Assembly (NCBI GenBank): GCA_964016885.1
Contig: OZ024744.1
Location: 60,512,001-60,576,000, forward strand
Source of the DNA: Eledone cirrhosa
Taxonomy: Eukaryota
DNA length: 64,000 nucleotides
Direction of reading: 5' to 3'
The translations under genes were made by a program, and so were the position numbers. Positions within the stretch are counted from its first letter, which is position 1. Every line of letters begins with the position of its first letter. Positions 1 through 11,940 of this stretch are shown piece by piece. Under the pieces are notes generated by a model. It was not told the origin of the DNA. It saw nothing but the letters and a program-made list of their open reading frames with translations, and searched no databases.

Positions 1-1059
1 CCATACTAAGAATATTATATCATCATCATCACTTTTTAAACATCTATTTTCTATGACGTTGATAACATTCTTAGGTTGTCTAGTATAAATAATGCTTTAT
101 CTAATTACAATAATGTATTAAACAGATCTCAAAATACTAACACTAATATCTAATTGCTATTGTAGGGTCTCTGACTCTTGCCCACTTAAGGGCAATTAGA
201 AATAATGTTGTATATAAGTAAGAAGTCTCAACACAAAAAAAAACTCTTACAATTAAATATGAGTAACTGCAAATAAATTTATGAGCCATTTTTATTCTCA
301 TTTACTTTTGGCATTTAAAAAGCAATAGCTTAAGATAATCTCTTAAGTGAGATATTATTAATTCTGCAAAATCTTATAATGGAGGTAGAACTAAATACTT
401 AAAATTATTACTCAATTCAAAGAATGAAATATTCCCTTCCTGTCCACAAAATATTTCATTCTTTCTTTTACAAAAACTTTGACTTTGATTAATTATACTC
501 ATGACACCCTTACTTAAGTATTTTTATTAACACTTCATACCCTACCTTTATGTTAAACTTGTAAAATCCCTGTTACCTGTCTTTGACTACTGTGTTTAAT
601 GAACTCTAATTTTTAAATCACACACACATGTTCTAAAAGTTTCATTTTGCTCTCCTATTTATCATAATTGTAAGCCGATCAATGATATATTCCCAGCCTT
701 ATTCTTCCAGTAGTTTATCTTCTCTGTACTGATATGGTTTAGTTATTGAAATTTCTTAATCATTTAACCTTTATTTTAATTATAGATATATTTATTGCCA
801 TTTTATGCTTCCATAACTTTTAACTTCCTTTTGGTATATTCTAATAAGAATTTTATAATGTCACTTAGTAAGTGACATTATAATTCGCATTAGTATAAAT
901 CTAGCTCTATTTTATTTTGTTATCTTTTATAATTATGATATATTATAGTTAGTAAATTATCTATAGTTACTGAACATAAATATTTTATCATTTATAAATT
1001 TTAATTACATTTTTAGGCTTCCATAATATTTCATTGGCTGTGCTGCATCCGGGGTGAAA

Positions 1060-1220
1060 ACTATACAGTTCATCCACTAGTTTGGACTCAACAATATCCC
1101 TACATCTCTTTGCCAGACACTTAGCATAGGCTTTACCAGGGAGGCTTAACAAAGACATCTCTCTATAATTGCCTTCCTTTTTGAAAATTCAGTCCAGAAA
1201 AGAGCAAACCTTAAAAAATT
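1060..1220 (-). mobile_element. RTE-type LINE RT fragment (decayed)
   Basis: tccctacatctctttgccagacacttagcatagg resembles the RT region of the LINE at about 37500-37610. Confidence 0.5.
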
Positions 1221-1277
1221 TTGGAGTTGAAAAAAAAAGATTTTCAACAGGGAGAAGTGCTTAAAGACTTTATACTG

Positions 1278-1477
1278 NNNNNNNNNNNNNNNNNNNNNNN
1301 NNNNNNNNNNNNNNNNNNNNNNNNNNNNNNNNNNNNNNNNNNNNNNNNNNNNNNNNNNNNNNNNNNNNNNNNNNNNNNNNNNNNNNNNNNNNNNNNNNNN
1401 NNNNNNNNNNNNNNNNNNNNNNNNNNNNNNNNNNNNNNNNNNNNNNNNNNNNNNNNNNNNNNNNNNNNNNNNNNNNN
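1278..1477. other. Assembly gap (200 N)
   Basis: Run of N; ORFs crossing it are artefacts. Confidence 1.
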
Positions 1478-2629
1478 TGTTTTTATCCTGTGTCCTTTCA
1501 TCTAGGAATCTCAAACGCACAACCCGCAATCTAATATTTCTTAAAACTTCATAAATTTGTTCTGACAATCTCTCTTGTCTTTGGAGTAATGTTACTCAAT
1601 AGAGTACATAGCTCTGCGATCAGAGAGTCGATACAGTTACTGTTGTTACTTCTCTAAATTTAGAGATCACAGCTCTGATACTATGGACATGTGATTAGAA
1701 TGTCTCAGGAAAGAATCACTGGACAGATTTTATGGCCAAAACCAAACTGCAGGAGATCAGGTCACCAGCACGACCACCTTGCAGTGTGGGCTGGGTGCTT
1801 TTTGTGTCACCAGTGTGACCACCTTACAAAATGGACTGGGTGCTTTGTCTCATGTTACCACCGTACAGGATGAACTAGTTGCTTTTGTTGTTGTCACCGG
1901 ATCAGCGTACTCAGTGGCCTTAGTGCTCTTTGTTGTGGGAGATCAAATGTAGACATATCCAGCTTTCATGCTTGTATGCATGGGTTGGGTAGGCAAGGTG
2001 TATCATATATATAGTGTTGTAGAAATTAGGTAAAAAAAAACATCCAAAGTTGTCTGAACCCTCAGTCTGTAGGACGACTTGTGACATACAATTTGATTAA
2101 ATCACTCAGCAATTACACAACACAAATACGTGTTGATTTCTGGAAATATCTTCTTTCAAAATGTAGAGGATTGCAAACAAATCTGGATAAAATAAGGAAG
2201 AGAACTCTAAAATTTGGATAAAGTAAGGGAGAGAACTCTAATATAATTTAATTTAATTTAAGGGAGCTAACTTATGTCTATAGGAATAGAAACAATTAAC
2301 ATACATGCACCAACTTGTTCTTTAAAAGTGTCCATTAGCTTCAGTCAGGCCTCGACTAATTCTTCAAAATAAATTTCATTTCATGAAGGCAGAGGTAAAA
2401 ATTAAAATGGGTATTCAAGCATCTCGATTCGTTAATATAGGGTCTCAATCTTTCATGGTTTCCTCCCAAAAAACATTTCTTCATAATCTTGTCGAGCCTT
2501 CTATTTCTTTCTTTTTTGCATTCTAGCTTCTTATGAAGGAATAACACCCAAAACATTAAAACTCTGTCCCTACTATATGAAGCATTAAACTAGTAAACAT
2601 CATCAATGTACTGTATTCTTTTGCTGTGT

Positions 2630-2699
2630 TGTTGTTACTTGAAGACAATTAGCATTATATATATATATATATAATGCTAATTGTCTTCAAGTAACAACA
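2630..2699. repeat. Perfect 70-nt palindrome centred on (AT)8
   Basis: tgttgttacttgaagacaattagcatt-(at)8-aatgctaattgtcttcaagtaacaaca. Confidence 0.95.
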
Positions 2700-2907
2700 G
2701 CTTTATGCTGAACTCCATATCTTTTGTTGAGTTTTTTCGGAATGTTTTGATTGCTGTTTCTTGTAAACAGACGTTCGTCTCATTCTGGCGTAACTAGCCC
2801 TGTCTCCACGTGTGTTTATTATTTCAATTCCACACGAGGTTTGGCTAGCCTGCTTTTAAATTCCCCTCTGGCATATTTTCATAGTGGGTTTTTGGTTATC
2901 GTATTGA

Positions 2908-2988
2908 GCACTACTGAGGAACGATGCCAAACGTGACTAACCCCACTGAAAAGTTTCGTGAAATAGTCTTTTTAAGACTATATAGTGC
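2908..2988 (+). ncRNA. Type I hammerhead ribozyme motif (complete)
   Basis: Helix I GCACUA/UAGUGC; core CUGAGGA (2914-2920); helix II ACGA/UCGU; GAAA (2960-2963); helix III AUAGUCUU-UUU-AAGACUAU; AUA triplet with predicted cleavage after 2982. Confidence 0.8.
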
Positions 2989-3256
2989 ATTTGTAGATTT
3001 TTCCAAATTGACGGATAAGTATTTATTCTTAATTTTATTTTGAGTTAAGATTCTATTGGTTTTTTCCCCGGATTACACAAAATCTGTGGATAAAATTTCT
3101 GGTCTTGACTTATTTTGAATTGGGATTGAATTATTTTCCCATATCTTACGTTAAATATTTTTCACGTAATAGTCACTTATATGTCTGAATTACTGTTGGC
3201 TTCTTGCTTACATTAATTTCTCTATTTTCCTTTATATATAAATATATATATATATT

Positions 3257-4110
3257 TATATATAGTTCAGAGAGCTAATACCGGTGTTAATTACAAAAGG
3301 TTTTTCCCTAAAAATGAAGGGCAGATTGTACGATGCAAGTATATGAATACCAATTTTACATGGTTTTGAGACCTGGGCACTGTGCACAGAGGACCTGCAA
3401 AGATTGGAAAGAAATGAAGCATGCATGTTCCAGCAAAGCATAAATGAACTAAGTGAGAAATTAGGCATAAGAGTGATCAGATGCAGTATATTAGAGAGGA
3501 GATTGCGTTGGTATGGTCATGTGATGCATATGGAGGATGACAGCTGTATAAAAAGGTACAGGGTGATCAAAATTGATGGAAGCTATGGAATAGGAAGACA
3601 CAGAAAGACCAGTGACAAGGTGATAAAAGCTGACCTTGCACAATTGTACCTTTCAAAGACAATGACACAGGATCGAGATCTTTGACATTATGCAGTAATA
3701 CAGAAGACTCACCTTACCTTGCGCACAGACTCAAACATATATCCAGTGGGCACCTCTTAACCACTTAATCCACTATACTGTCTTCCATACACCCCACACC
3801 CCTACATCACCCTTACACTGTAAAGTTATGTTGGTACCACAAAAACATCCAACCCACACTGTAAAGTGGTTGTGTAGGTGTCACAACAAAAAGCACCCAG
3901 CCCACACTGTAAAGTGGTCATGTGGGTGTCACGACAAAAAGCACTCAGCCCGTGCTCTAAGGTGGTCGTGTAGGTGTCACGACTAAAAGCACCCAGTCCA
4001 CACTGTAAAGTTGTTGTGTAGGAGTTACGACAAAAACACCAGGCACACACTGTAAATGTGATTGACGTTAGGTAGAGCATCCAGCTGTAGAAATCTAGCT
4101 AAGACATGTC
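3257..4110 (+). mobile_element. RTE-clade LINE family A, 5'-truncated
   Basis: KGRLYDA..., ERRLRWYGHVM C-terminal motifs; 3' UTR with 48-nt repeats and the gcatccagctgtagaaa terminal motif. Confidence 0.85.
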
Positions 4111-4499
4111 GCAGGCCCCTCTACCTAAGGCCTGAATGCATCCCTTGTTAACCTGCGGTATTCTTTTTGTTCCTCTCACCATATTACAGTTGCAGTTTTG
4201 GTGGCCTTATTCACACCAGTCACCAATCTGTCAATCCCGCAAAAAGTAGGCTTTTTTTAAGGCAGCCTTTATTTACCTCATCATAGCTACATCACTGGGT
4301 TGTGAGAGTTTTCTTTGGAGCTACAGTCACCCATTGCTCCATCTCCCCAAATAGTTTACCACAGTTAAGCCAGGGCTGCTTATTCGTCTGGCAGTTGCCT
4401 GCTTATATCGCAACTAATCATTTTGTCTGGTGGCCGTATCACTATCCATCACCTGCAACCAATTCTCTTGCAGAACAGCTCTGCCAAGAAATGACTGCC

Positions 4500-5220
4500 T
4501 TAGCCCCTGTCTGTCAGAATGTGTTATGGACTTGATCCCATTGGAAGGGAACATTTGCCTCTTGAAGCTTAGGCTGAAAAATAGGTTTCTGTGGGTGGTG
4601 CAAGTTTATGGACTAAACAAGGAGTTCAAATACAGATCCTTCCTTGATGAGGTCACTGCAGCGTTAGATGTATTTAAGACTGAGTCATATATCCTAATGG
4701 GAGATTTCAATGCGCATGTTGGTACTTACCACCTGATATGGAAAGGAGTGATTGGAAGGAATGACAACACCAATCTAAATGTAAATGGAGAGGTCTTGCT
4801 AGACTTCTGTTCTATCAATGGACTCTATTATGAACACATTCTTCTAGCATAGAGACATCCATAAATATACATGGTATAAGGGGAATCAAGGGCAGAGATC
4901 AATAATTGATTCGTTATTGTCTCTGATCTCTTCGATTCTGTGCTGGATGTTCGTGTTAAGAGAGGTGTCACTATCTAGTTATCTGCAACTTGAGACTACT
5001 AAAGCCAAAAAATCCCACAAACTGGATGACTTATAGGATAATGGGGGAAGCATTGGTGGATAAGGAAGTCAGGACTAGTTATGAAGATACTATTGCATCC
5101 AAATTCAGAGAATTCCCTGAGCAAATTGGGGACATTGAGACAGAGTGGAGATTGTTCAGCACAAGCTTCTGCTTCAGTTGTTAAATGCTGCAGGCAAAAG
5201 AGGCTTTGTATGGCATCGAC
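4500..5220 (+). mobile_element. RTE-type LINE family B, APE endonuclease fragment
   Basis: WVVQVYG...ILMGDFNAHVG...LLDFC APE motifs; homologous to 38050-38640 on the - strand. Confidence 0.8.
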
Positions 5221-5317
5221 CTTTTCAAATGTTTATGTGTGAGATGTTATAATATACATGTAAGCTATTGAGGTGTTTTCTGTGGGCCTCAGACATTTTC
5301 AAACGTTTATATGTAAG

Positions 5318-5357
<40 letters not shown>

Positions 5358-6139
5358 CCATGGTCCGCCTTTTTAAGTGTTTATATCTAAGATATGATAT
5401 AATATATATATACGTGTAAGCTATTGAGGTGGCCTCTGTAGGCCTCGGACATTTTCAAATGTTTATCTATAAGATTTGATAAATGTATATGTGGGTCATA
5501 GATAAAACTAAAAAATTCAAAGGTAGGCCATTAGAAAATGAATAGGATTATCCTGTATGGGTAGCAATCATATTTAGACTGAGTAAAATATTGCCAATAG
5601 CTCCTGGAATTAGATAGTTTTTCACTTTGAGGTATATGGTAAGGTCCTCAACCAACATGGCTTGATTGAATAACGTACAACTTGTGGTGGCATGGGATTC
5701 AATCAGTTATAGGTCCAATGGTTAAAGTTTTGGACACATCATGAGTTTGATTCCTGAACCAGGAGGCATGATGTGTTCTTGAACAAAACACTTCATTTCA
5801 CATTGCTTTTCAAGGTAAGACTGGAGCTGCAATTATTAAAACACCTGAGAAACCTCCTATGTCATAGAAGGCCAGCTAAACCTACATGGGTGTGAGCTGT
5901 AACAAAAATGTGTAGTGTTGCTAGGATGGGCTCCTATCATTAAAACACTTGAGAAACCTCCCATGAGATACAGCCTCATAGGAGTCCAATAAAAAACCTA
6001 GATATGTGTGAGCTGTGATTTCTTTTCTTTTTTGCATACAACCTGACATAGAAAATGCTTAAAGAATCAATATATTTTCACTCTTGTTAATTCATTTTAG
6101 CAATTAAAATTATAATTATTGTTGTTAATGTCTTTTCAG

Positions 6140-6229
6140 TTCTCAAGAATGTACGCCAGTATTCTTCAACACCAAAAATCACAACACATTACACAATCTA
6201 TCCAAGAAAAGATGATGAGCGATGGAAAG
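6140..6229 (+). CDS. ETFDH: ETFDH coding exon A (first found; end of transit peptide and mature N-terminus)
   Basis: ttttcag|...|gtatgc; encodes LKNVRQYSSTPKITTHYTIYPRKDDERWK (vertebrate ETFDH: PRITTHYTIYPRDKDKRW); phase 1 at both ends. Confidence 0.93.
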
Positions 6230-6263
6230 GTATGCACTGTCTTCCTTGTATCATTGTCATCAT

Positions 6264-6518
6264 TGTGGTTAGAGAAAGCTATCTCACTTACCGCTTTTCA
6301 CAGGCGCCACTAGATCCCATCGCTGGTTTCTCCTCTTCCACGTGCGTACAATCCAACTCGTTAAAACTGGGAGCTGCAAAACTCGCCTCCACCACGTTCC
6401 TGATCACCGCTAGAGAGAGGCAGACCTGCTGGCCCTTCCAGTCAAGCACCCTTCTGGTCAAGCACTCTTCCAGTCGAGCACTCCCCAACCTCCAGCCACC
6501 ACACACCTCACCATACCC
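6264..6518 (-). repeat. 3' LTR
   Basis: About 10 substitutions versus 10077-10350; G-rich polypurine tract adjacent on the - strand (about 6519-6530). Confidence 0.92.
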
Positions 6519-6659
6519 CCCCCCCATCTCAAGGATCAATTGCCCCCTTGTCCTGCTGCATATGAAAGTCTGCTGTCCAGGTTGGTGCTTTACGACTTCT
6601 TTGCGATCTCCACAGTGTTGGGGCGGCACTTTGGTTTCCTCTTCCTCAGAGTCCGTTGA

Positions 6660-9236
6660 CACTTGATTCTACAGACATCCAGGACATGACGTGGTACTCC
6701 GTTCCCCTTCCCCATTGAGATGTGCAACGTGCATCTGGGGGCTTAACCCAGACTTCTTCGCCCACCTGCACGAATGCACTCTCTCTCCCCACTGGCCGTT
6801 GTGGTGGCGTGCACGGGTGCCGCCACTCGTATCTGAATACTGCTCTGTGTGGCACCAATTCCTCAACCTGTCCCACCCGAGGAGACATGTTGTACCAGAA
6901 CACTGCCTCCATTGGTGAGATGTGGCCCCGCTCCGCCATTGCCTTGATCGTCCGGTGGTGTCGCTCCACGATTACATTTCCGCTCGGCCTGTACGCTGCT
7001 CTGAAGAAACGGTCCACCTTCCATCTATCGAGCATCTTCCTCAACGCCTCCAGGCGGAATGCTGCGCTGTTGTCCATCAGCAGTTCGTCCACAGGGCCCC
7101 GCCCCAAGAACACCTCTCTCAACGTCCGCATGATTTCCTCGGCCGTTCCAATCTTCATCTCCCTCCATATCGCCATCCGTCCCGACCATCGATCGGTACG
7201 TCCCGTCGGTAGTGCGTTACATCCACCGCCAATCGCTTCCCGTTTCGTGCACACCCGGGGCGGGATCAATGGACTGACATCGGACGCAGCCTCTAACCAC
7301 CCTTTGAACACTGTGTCTGTTAACGTCCGAGTCGATTCTCCTGGGTAGGAACAGGCTCCTAACCACTCCCATGTGGTGTATGTCATGTAACCCTTTCAGA
7401 TCTGACTTGGTCAGCCAACACACGGCAGCTATCTCCTCTTCTACCTCCTCCGGCGCTTCCATCCAGGCTTTCTTCACCCTAGTTAAGATGTCCGCCCTGT
7501 TTTTCTCTGAGGGCACGAAAACTACGCTCAGCCTCAGGTCGAACTCGGTGGCCAGCTCTCCTAAAGTTCCCAGGCGGCGCTTTATCAGCATCTCCGCTGC
7601 CCCTCTCGTTCGCACTCTCTTCTCACTGGTGAGCACTGATCTCACCCATCCGAGTACAGTAGCCGAGTCGTATCTCGATGGTGCGCAGTCTCCACCTCAG
7701 GGCGAGGTTCACCCCTCTCAACACTGCGTCCAGTTCGGCCACATTGATGTGGTTACAATCGTCCTTCTTCCTAAGCCAGGCTGCATCCTAGACCTCAACA
7801 CCTCCTATCTCCAACGTCCACCCGTGGCATCGCACCATACGGTCCAGCTCTGCGATTTGGGAACATACCAGCGTCCCCGCACTGGGTCGTCAGCCTTCAC
7901 CCTCTCCACGATCTCCTGCATCATGGCCACCGTCCTCTCTCCCACTCTGTCACTCCAAGCCACCCAGCAATCGGGTAGTGACCTACCAACTTTCCACATG
8001 CCAAGAAAAGCTCCCGCTTACTCATACTTGGGCCCAATTCTGGAACTTCATTTCCCCTCTGGAATACCAAGACGCCCATCCTGTCTCGCCGTAGCCTAAG
8101 TCCCAGCGCGGCTCCTCCCTTCAACACTTCTGACGGCTTCGCAGCCAGTCCATACCCCTGTAAATGGCTTGTGACCTCCGCCACCGACACTACAGACTCG
8201 TCCACTAGGATGTCGTCAATGTAGGAATTAGTGGCCTCTTCATCTTGTCGGCCTTTCCCAGAATGGTCTTGAGGACCGCCGCCATGATCTTCGGTGCGGA
8301 GCTCAGCTCGAAACCGAGCCTGGTCAGGCAATATGTCCGGCCCTTATACCTGATCAGCTGATACTGCCAGAGCTTCTCATCTATATGCAATTGCAAGTAT
8401 GCCGACTTTAGATCTACGATTGCGGAACCTCCCGTCATGCGTCTCCACTCACGCAGGGTTTCCCCACAGACATCCGTGACCTCGCCACCCGTGTGGCATG
8501 ACACGTGCTCATTCAGCTCCCGAAAGTCCAGTACTGGCCTCACCTTGTTCTTCGTGGGTTGGGCCACCGCTATTAACGGCAATACTCAGCACTTCACCTC
8601 CTCTTTCCAGGGAAGCAGTATGCCCTCCTCAATCCATCTCTTTACCTCTCGCTCGAACTCACTCCTAATGTCTCCCTTCAATGTGTGTTGATAGCAGCCC
8701 ACTTTGGTCTTCGGTGCTGGTGGTTCTCCCTTCCAGTACCACTCAACAACCCATCGCTGCCCATCGAACATGGCCTTGAAGTCTTTGTCCTGCACAGTGT
8801 AAGCAGGGTATTTCTCCTCGTGGGCCTTCTGGTTCTCCTGTCGCGTACTCACAGCGCATACCGATGCAGCGCTGCCAAACGACACACCGACATTGTTCAC
8901 TGTGACTCCTCCTAGATGGCCAATTGCGTCCATGCCCATAACTACGCTGATCCCATCCACCACGTTGTCGACTACAATGGCAGAAAGCCTTATTTTCCTT
9001 CCCCGTACCGCCATCTCCACCTCGCTGCAACCTCGGCATTCAATTTTCCTGCCGTCGACTGCCCTTACGCTGCTCTTCCCTCTCCACCTCTGCGCCACCC
9101 CTGCGGTCACCAGTGTCGTCGTACAGCCCGTGTCCACGAGGGCTCGCTGTGGCTTTCCCCTCATGAAAACTTCCACCACGGGCAGCGCCTCTACTCGTAA
9201 GGGGCAACTACCGGCACAGTAGTTCCCCTTGGATCG
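6660..9236 (-). pseudogene. pol: Gypsy pol (PR-RT-RH-IN), several frameshifts
   Basis: ORF pieces 8586-9179 (ALVDTG), 8205-8582 (VRPVLDFRELN, IVDLKSAYLQL), 7921-8331 (YIDDILV), 7217-7645 (H..HH...CVRC), 6646-7386 (LLMDN...IVERHHRTIK). Confidence 0.9.
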
Positions 9237-9242
9237 TTTCCC
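9199..9242 (-). promoter_or_regulatory. Programmed -1 ribosomal frameshift signal (gag-pol)
   Basis: G GGA AAC heptamer in gag phase, 5-nt spacer, hairpin AAGGGGAACUAC-loop-GUAGUU(G)CCCCUU; the -1 frame is open into protease. Confidence 0.8.
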
Positions 9243-9949
9243 TAGTCGCAGTTAGTAGCGATGTGGCCTGGTCGCTTACACCGGTAGCATATTATTTCCG
9301 GCCTTGACTCTCTACAGTCTCTCACCAAGTGCGGGCCCTGGCACCTAAAACAGCGGCCTCTAAACATTCGCGGGCAACCGCGTGCCGTGGTTGCCTCCCT
9401 TTCACCATTTCGCTGCCAGCTGTCTTGAGCTTCTGTCATTGCTATCGCTGCGACACTCTTCTTGGCATCTTCCGCTATGATGCGGGCTTGTTCTACCAGT
9501 GCGCGCATCTCCATTTCCTTGTAACCCGGGACTTGCTGCAGTTTCACCGCTATGTCGTCTGGAAATCCATTTATGAACGCCAACCGCATCGTGCATTCGC
9601 ATTCCACCTGATATCCAGCCAACATGGCCAATCGCCGTATTTCTGCTGCGAAAATGTCAACGTGTTCACCGTTCCATCTAATCCTTGCCAGCTTAGCAAA
9701 AGCGGCTAACGGTCCCTCCGCGAACGCTTCCATCATACGCCTCTCAATCTTTTGCGAATCTCTTTGGCTGTGTTCATCCATCTCTAGGAAGAGTGCCAAC
9801 GCATCCCCCTCGAGGTACAGTGCCATGAGGCCAGCCACATCTTCTATCTTCTGTAAGCGTGCGAGCAACCGGTCTTTTCGCAGCCAAGCGACATCGCCTT
9901 CACCAGTAAATGCCCTAATTGCTTCGCTCATTCGTAGTCTCGTCGCCAT
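9242..9949 (-). CDS. gag: Gypsy Gag (235 aa)
   Basis: Open ORF ending in CFRCQGPHLVRDC and CYRCKRPGHIATNC zinc knuckles. Confidence 0.9.
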   Translation of the reverse strand: MATRLRMSEAIRAFTGEGDVAWLRKDRLLARLQKIEDVAGLMALYLEGDALALFLEMDEHSQRDSQKIERRMMEAFAEGPLAAFAKLARIRWNGEHVDIFAAEIRRLAMLAGYQVECECTMRLAFINGFPDDIAVKLQQVPGYKEMEMRALVEQARIIAEDAKKSVAAIAMTEAQDSWQRNGEREATTARGCPRMFRGRCFRCQGPHLVRDCRESRPEIICYRCKRPGHIATNCD

Positions 9950-10076
9950 ATCCTAATTTGTCTTGCCGTACGTAATAAAAAAAAACAACTGACTCCTCTC
10001 TGTTTTTCCAGTAGCTTTGTTTTCGAGAAAGTTTTTTTTTTTTAATCAGATCTCAGTTTCCAGTGCCGAAATAGCT

Positions 10077-10350
10077 TGTGGTTAGAGAAAGCTATCTCAC
10101 TTACCACTTTTCACAGACGCCGCTAGATCCCATCGCTGGTTTCTCCTCTTCCACGAGCGTACGATCCAACTCGTTAAAACTGGGAGCTGCAAAACTCGCC
10201 TCCACCACGTTCCTGATCACCGCTAGAGAGAGGCAGACCTGCTGGCCCTTCCAGTCAAGCACCCTTCTGGCCAAGCACCCTTCCGGTCAAGCACTCTTCC
10301 AGTCGAGCACTCCCCAGCTTCCGGCCACCGCACACCACACCATACCCACA
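10077..10350 (-). repeat. 5' LTR (274 bp)
   Basis: Direct repeat of 6264-6518 with one extra 16-nt internal repeat unit. Confidence 0.92.
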
Positions 10351-10829
10351 ATCATCATGTCTGATTTTCCATGCTTCTAATGGATACATGTATCTTCTCC
10401 AGCACAACAACCCTCCACTTGCCTTTTGACTTTGTTATCTCCTTTGTGATATTCAACATCCCAAGATCGGCTTTCACTACTTTTACCCATACTTCTTTGC
10501 ACTTGGAACACTTGACATTTCTTCATCCAAAAATTGTCTTGTTCTGCCTTGCATAATTTCTCTTAGAAGCCTAGTTTGGACCTGATTCAAATCCGGATGT
10601 ATTAACCTCTTTTGATAGCAAACCACCTGGAACCACTCCTAGTTCTACACAAAGTGTTTATATATATTAAAAAAATTCCCATCGTAACTCTATGTAAGAA
10701 TCTTTGTTCCAAATATCTGTTTAATAACAAAAAAGTTAGTTATATTATTAAATCCCTCCATATTTTTGATTATTTTCAAAATTATTTCAAAATTATTTGA
10801 AAATTATAAATAATATTTTTCATTAGAGG

Positions 10830-11820
10830 TCATCATCATCATCACTGTTTTACGTTCGTTCTTCCACGCTAGCATGGGTTAGATGGGTTGTCCTGTTGTG
10901 GGCAGTGTCTGGTCGGCTGACCATGCCTTGCTCATACAGGAACTGATTTGGCTTCTACAGCTGGATGCCCTTCCTAACACCAACCTCATTTACAGTGAGT
11001 GCTGGGTGCTTTTTCGTGGCGCCTACATGTCCACTTTACAGTGTGGGCTGGGTGCTTTTTTGCTGTGGCACCTCCACGACCACCTTTTTATGCAGCTGTC
11101 ATCCTTCATACGCATCACATGTCCATACCAACGCAACCGCCTCTCCTGCACACAGCATTTGATTCCTCTTATGCTCAGTCTCTCTCTCAATTCATTTATG
11201 CTTTGTCGGTCGCGTATATTACTATTATACATCCATCGGAGCATGCAGGCTTCGTTTCTCTCTAATCTACGTAAGTCTTCCACCTTCAGTGCCCAGGTCT
11301 CACAACCATGTAACATTGCTGTTCGGATACACGCATCATACAGTCTGCCTTTCATTTTGAGGGAAAAGCCTTTTGCAGCTAGCAGTGGTAGTAGTTCCCT
11401 AAACTTCTTCCATCCCGTTCTTACCCTAGTTATTGTACTTTCTGAACACCCACCTCCGCTGCTAATTCGGTCACCTAGGTAGCAGAAGCTGTCTACTGTC
11501 TCTACAGAACCCTCCCAGAGATTGGTGGTACTTGTTTCTTGTGGCTATTTGCTGCTTGCTGTCCCAGTAGAGCTGCTGCATGTGAAGCCTACATTCTTAA
11601 TTAAGCTTCCTGAGATCCCGCTACATCTCTTGTGTACCCATTGTTTGCATTTGGGGCAGAGAATGGAGTTCCTACCTACACCTTTCCTACATACTGAGCA
11701 AGGCCATTTCCCTGAGGGGATCTGGGTTCTGTTTTCTCGTCTACTTACAAGGACCTTAGTCTTTGTCATGTTGACTTTGAGACCCTTTCTTTCTAGTCCC
11801 TGCTTCCAAGTTTGGAGGTA
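10830..11820 (-). mobile_element. RTE family A, 5'-truncated
   Basis: (CAT)n tail at the left end; MKGRLYDACIRTAMLHG; GKWPCSVC finger. Confidence 0.9.
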
Positions 11821-11940
11821 TGGTGACAAAAAGGTTAACCTTTTTTTTTATTCCAAACTGTCTGAAAAACACCCTTGGTTCTACGATACAAAACTGTTTG
11901 TTTTAAAGTGTTTCTTATCATCATTATCATTATCATTTTA

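Larger units (their letters stand above)
6264..10350 (-). mobile_element. Gypsy/Ty3 LTR retrotransposon, full structure, frameshifted
   Basis: TGTGG...CCACA termini; 5-bp TSD ATCAT (6259-6263 and 10351-10355); gag with two CCHC knuckles, then PR (LVDTG), RT (YIDD), RNase H and integrase (HHCC, DDE). Confidence 0.95.

Noticed and set aside
1146-1568. ORFs across the N run
   Set aside because: Artefacts of the assembly gap.
4130-4500. Possible 5' inversion of a family B LINE
   Set aside because: Matches 38640-38790 in the same orientation while the adjacent coding parts are opposite, but without a consensus the inverted copy cannot be identified.
1-6139. ATG-containing first exon of ETFDH
   Set aside because: No convincing ATG plus phase-1 donor found; it may be upstream, in the gap, or too short to recognise.
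6232-6666. + strand 144-aa ORF and other antisense ORFs over the Gypsy element
   Set aside because: Shadow frames of GC-rich retroelement sequence with no motifs.
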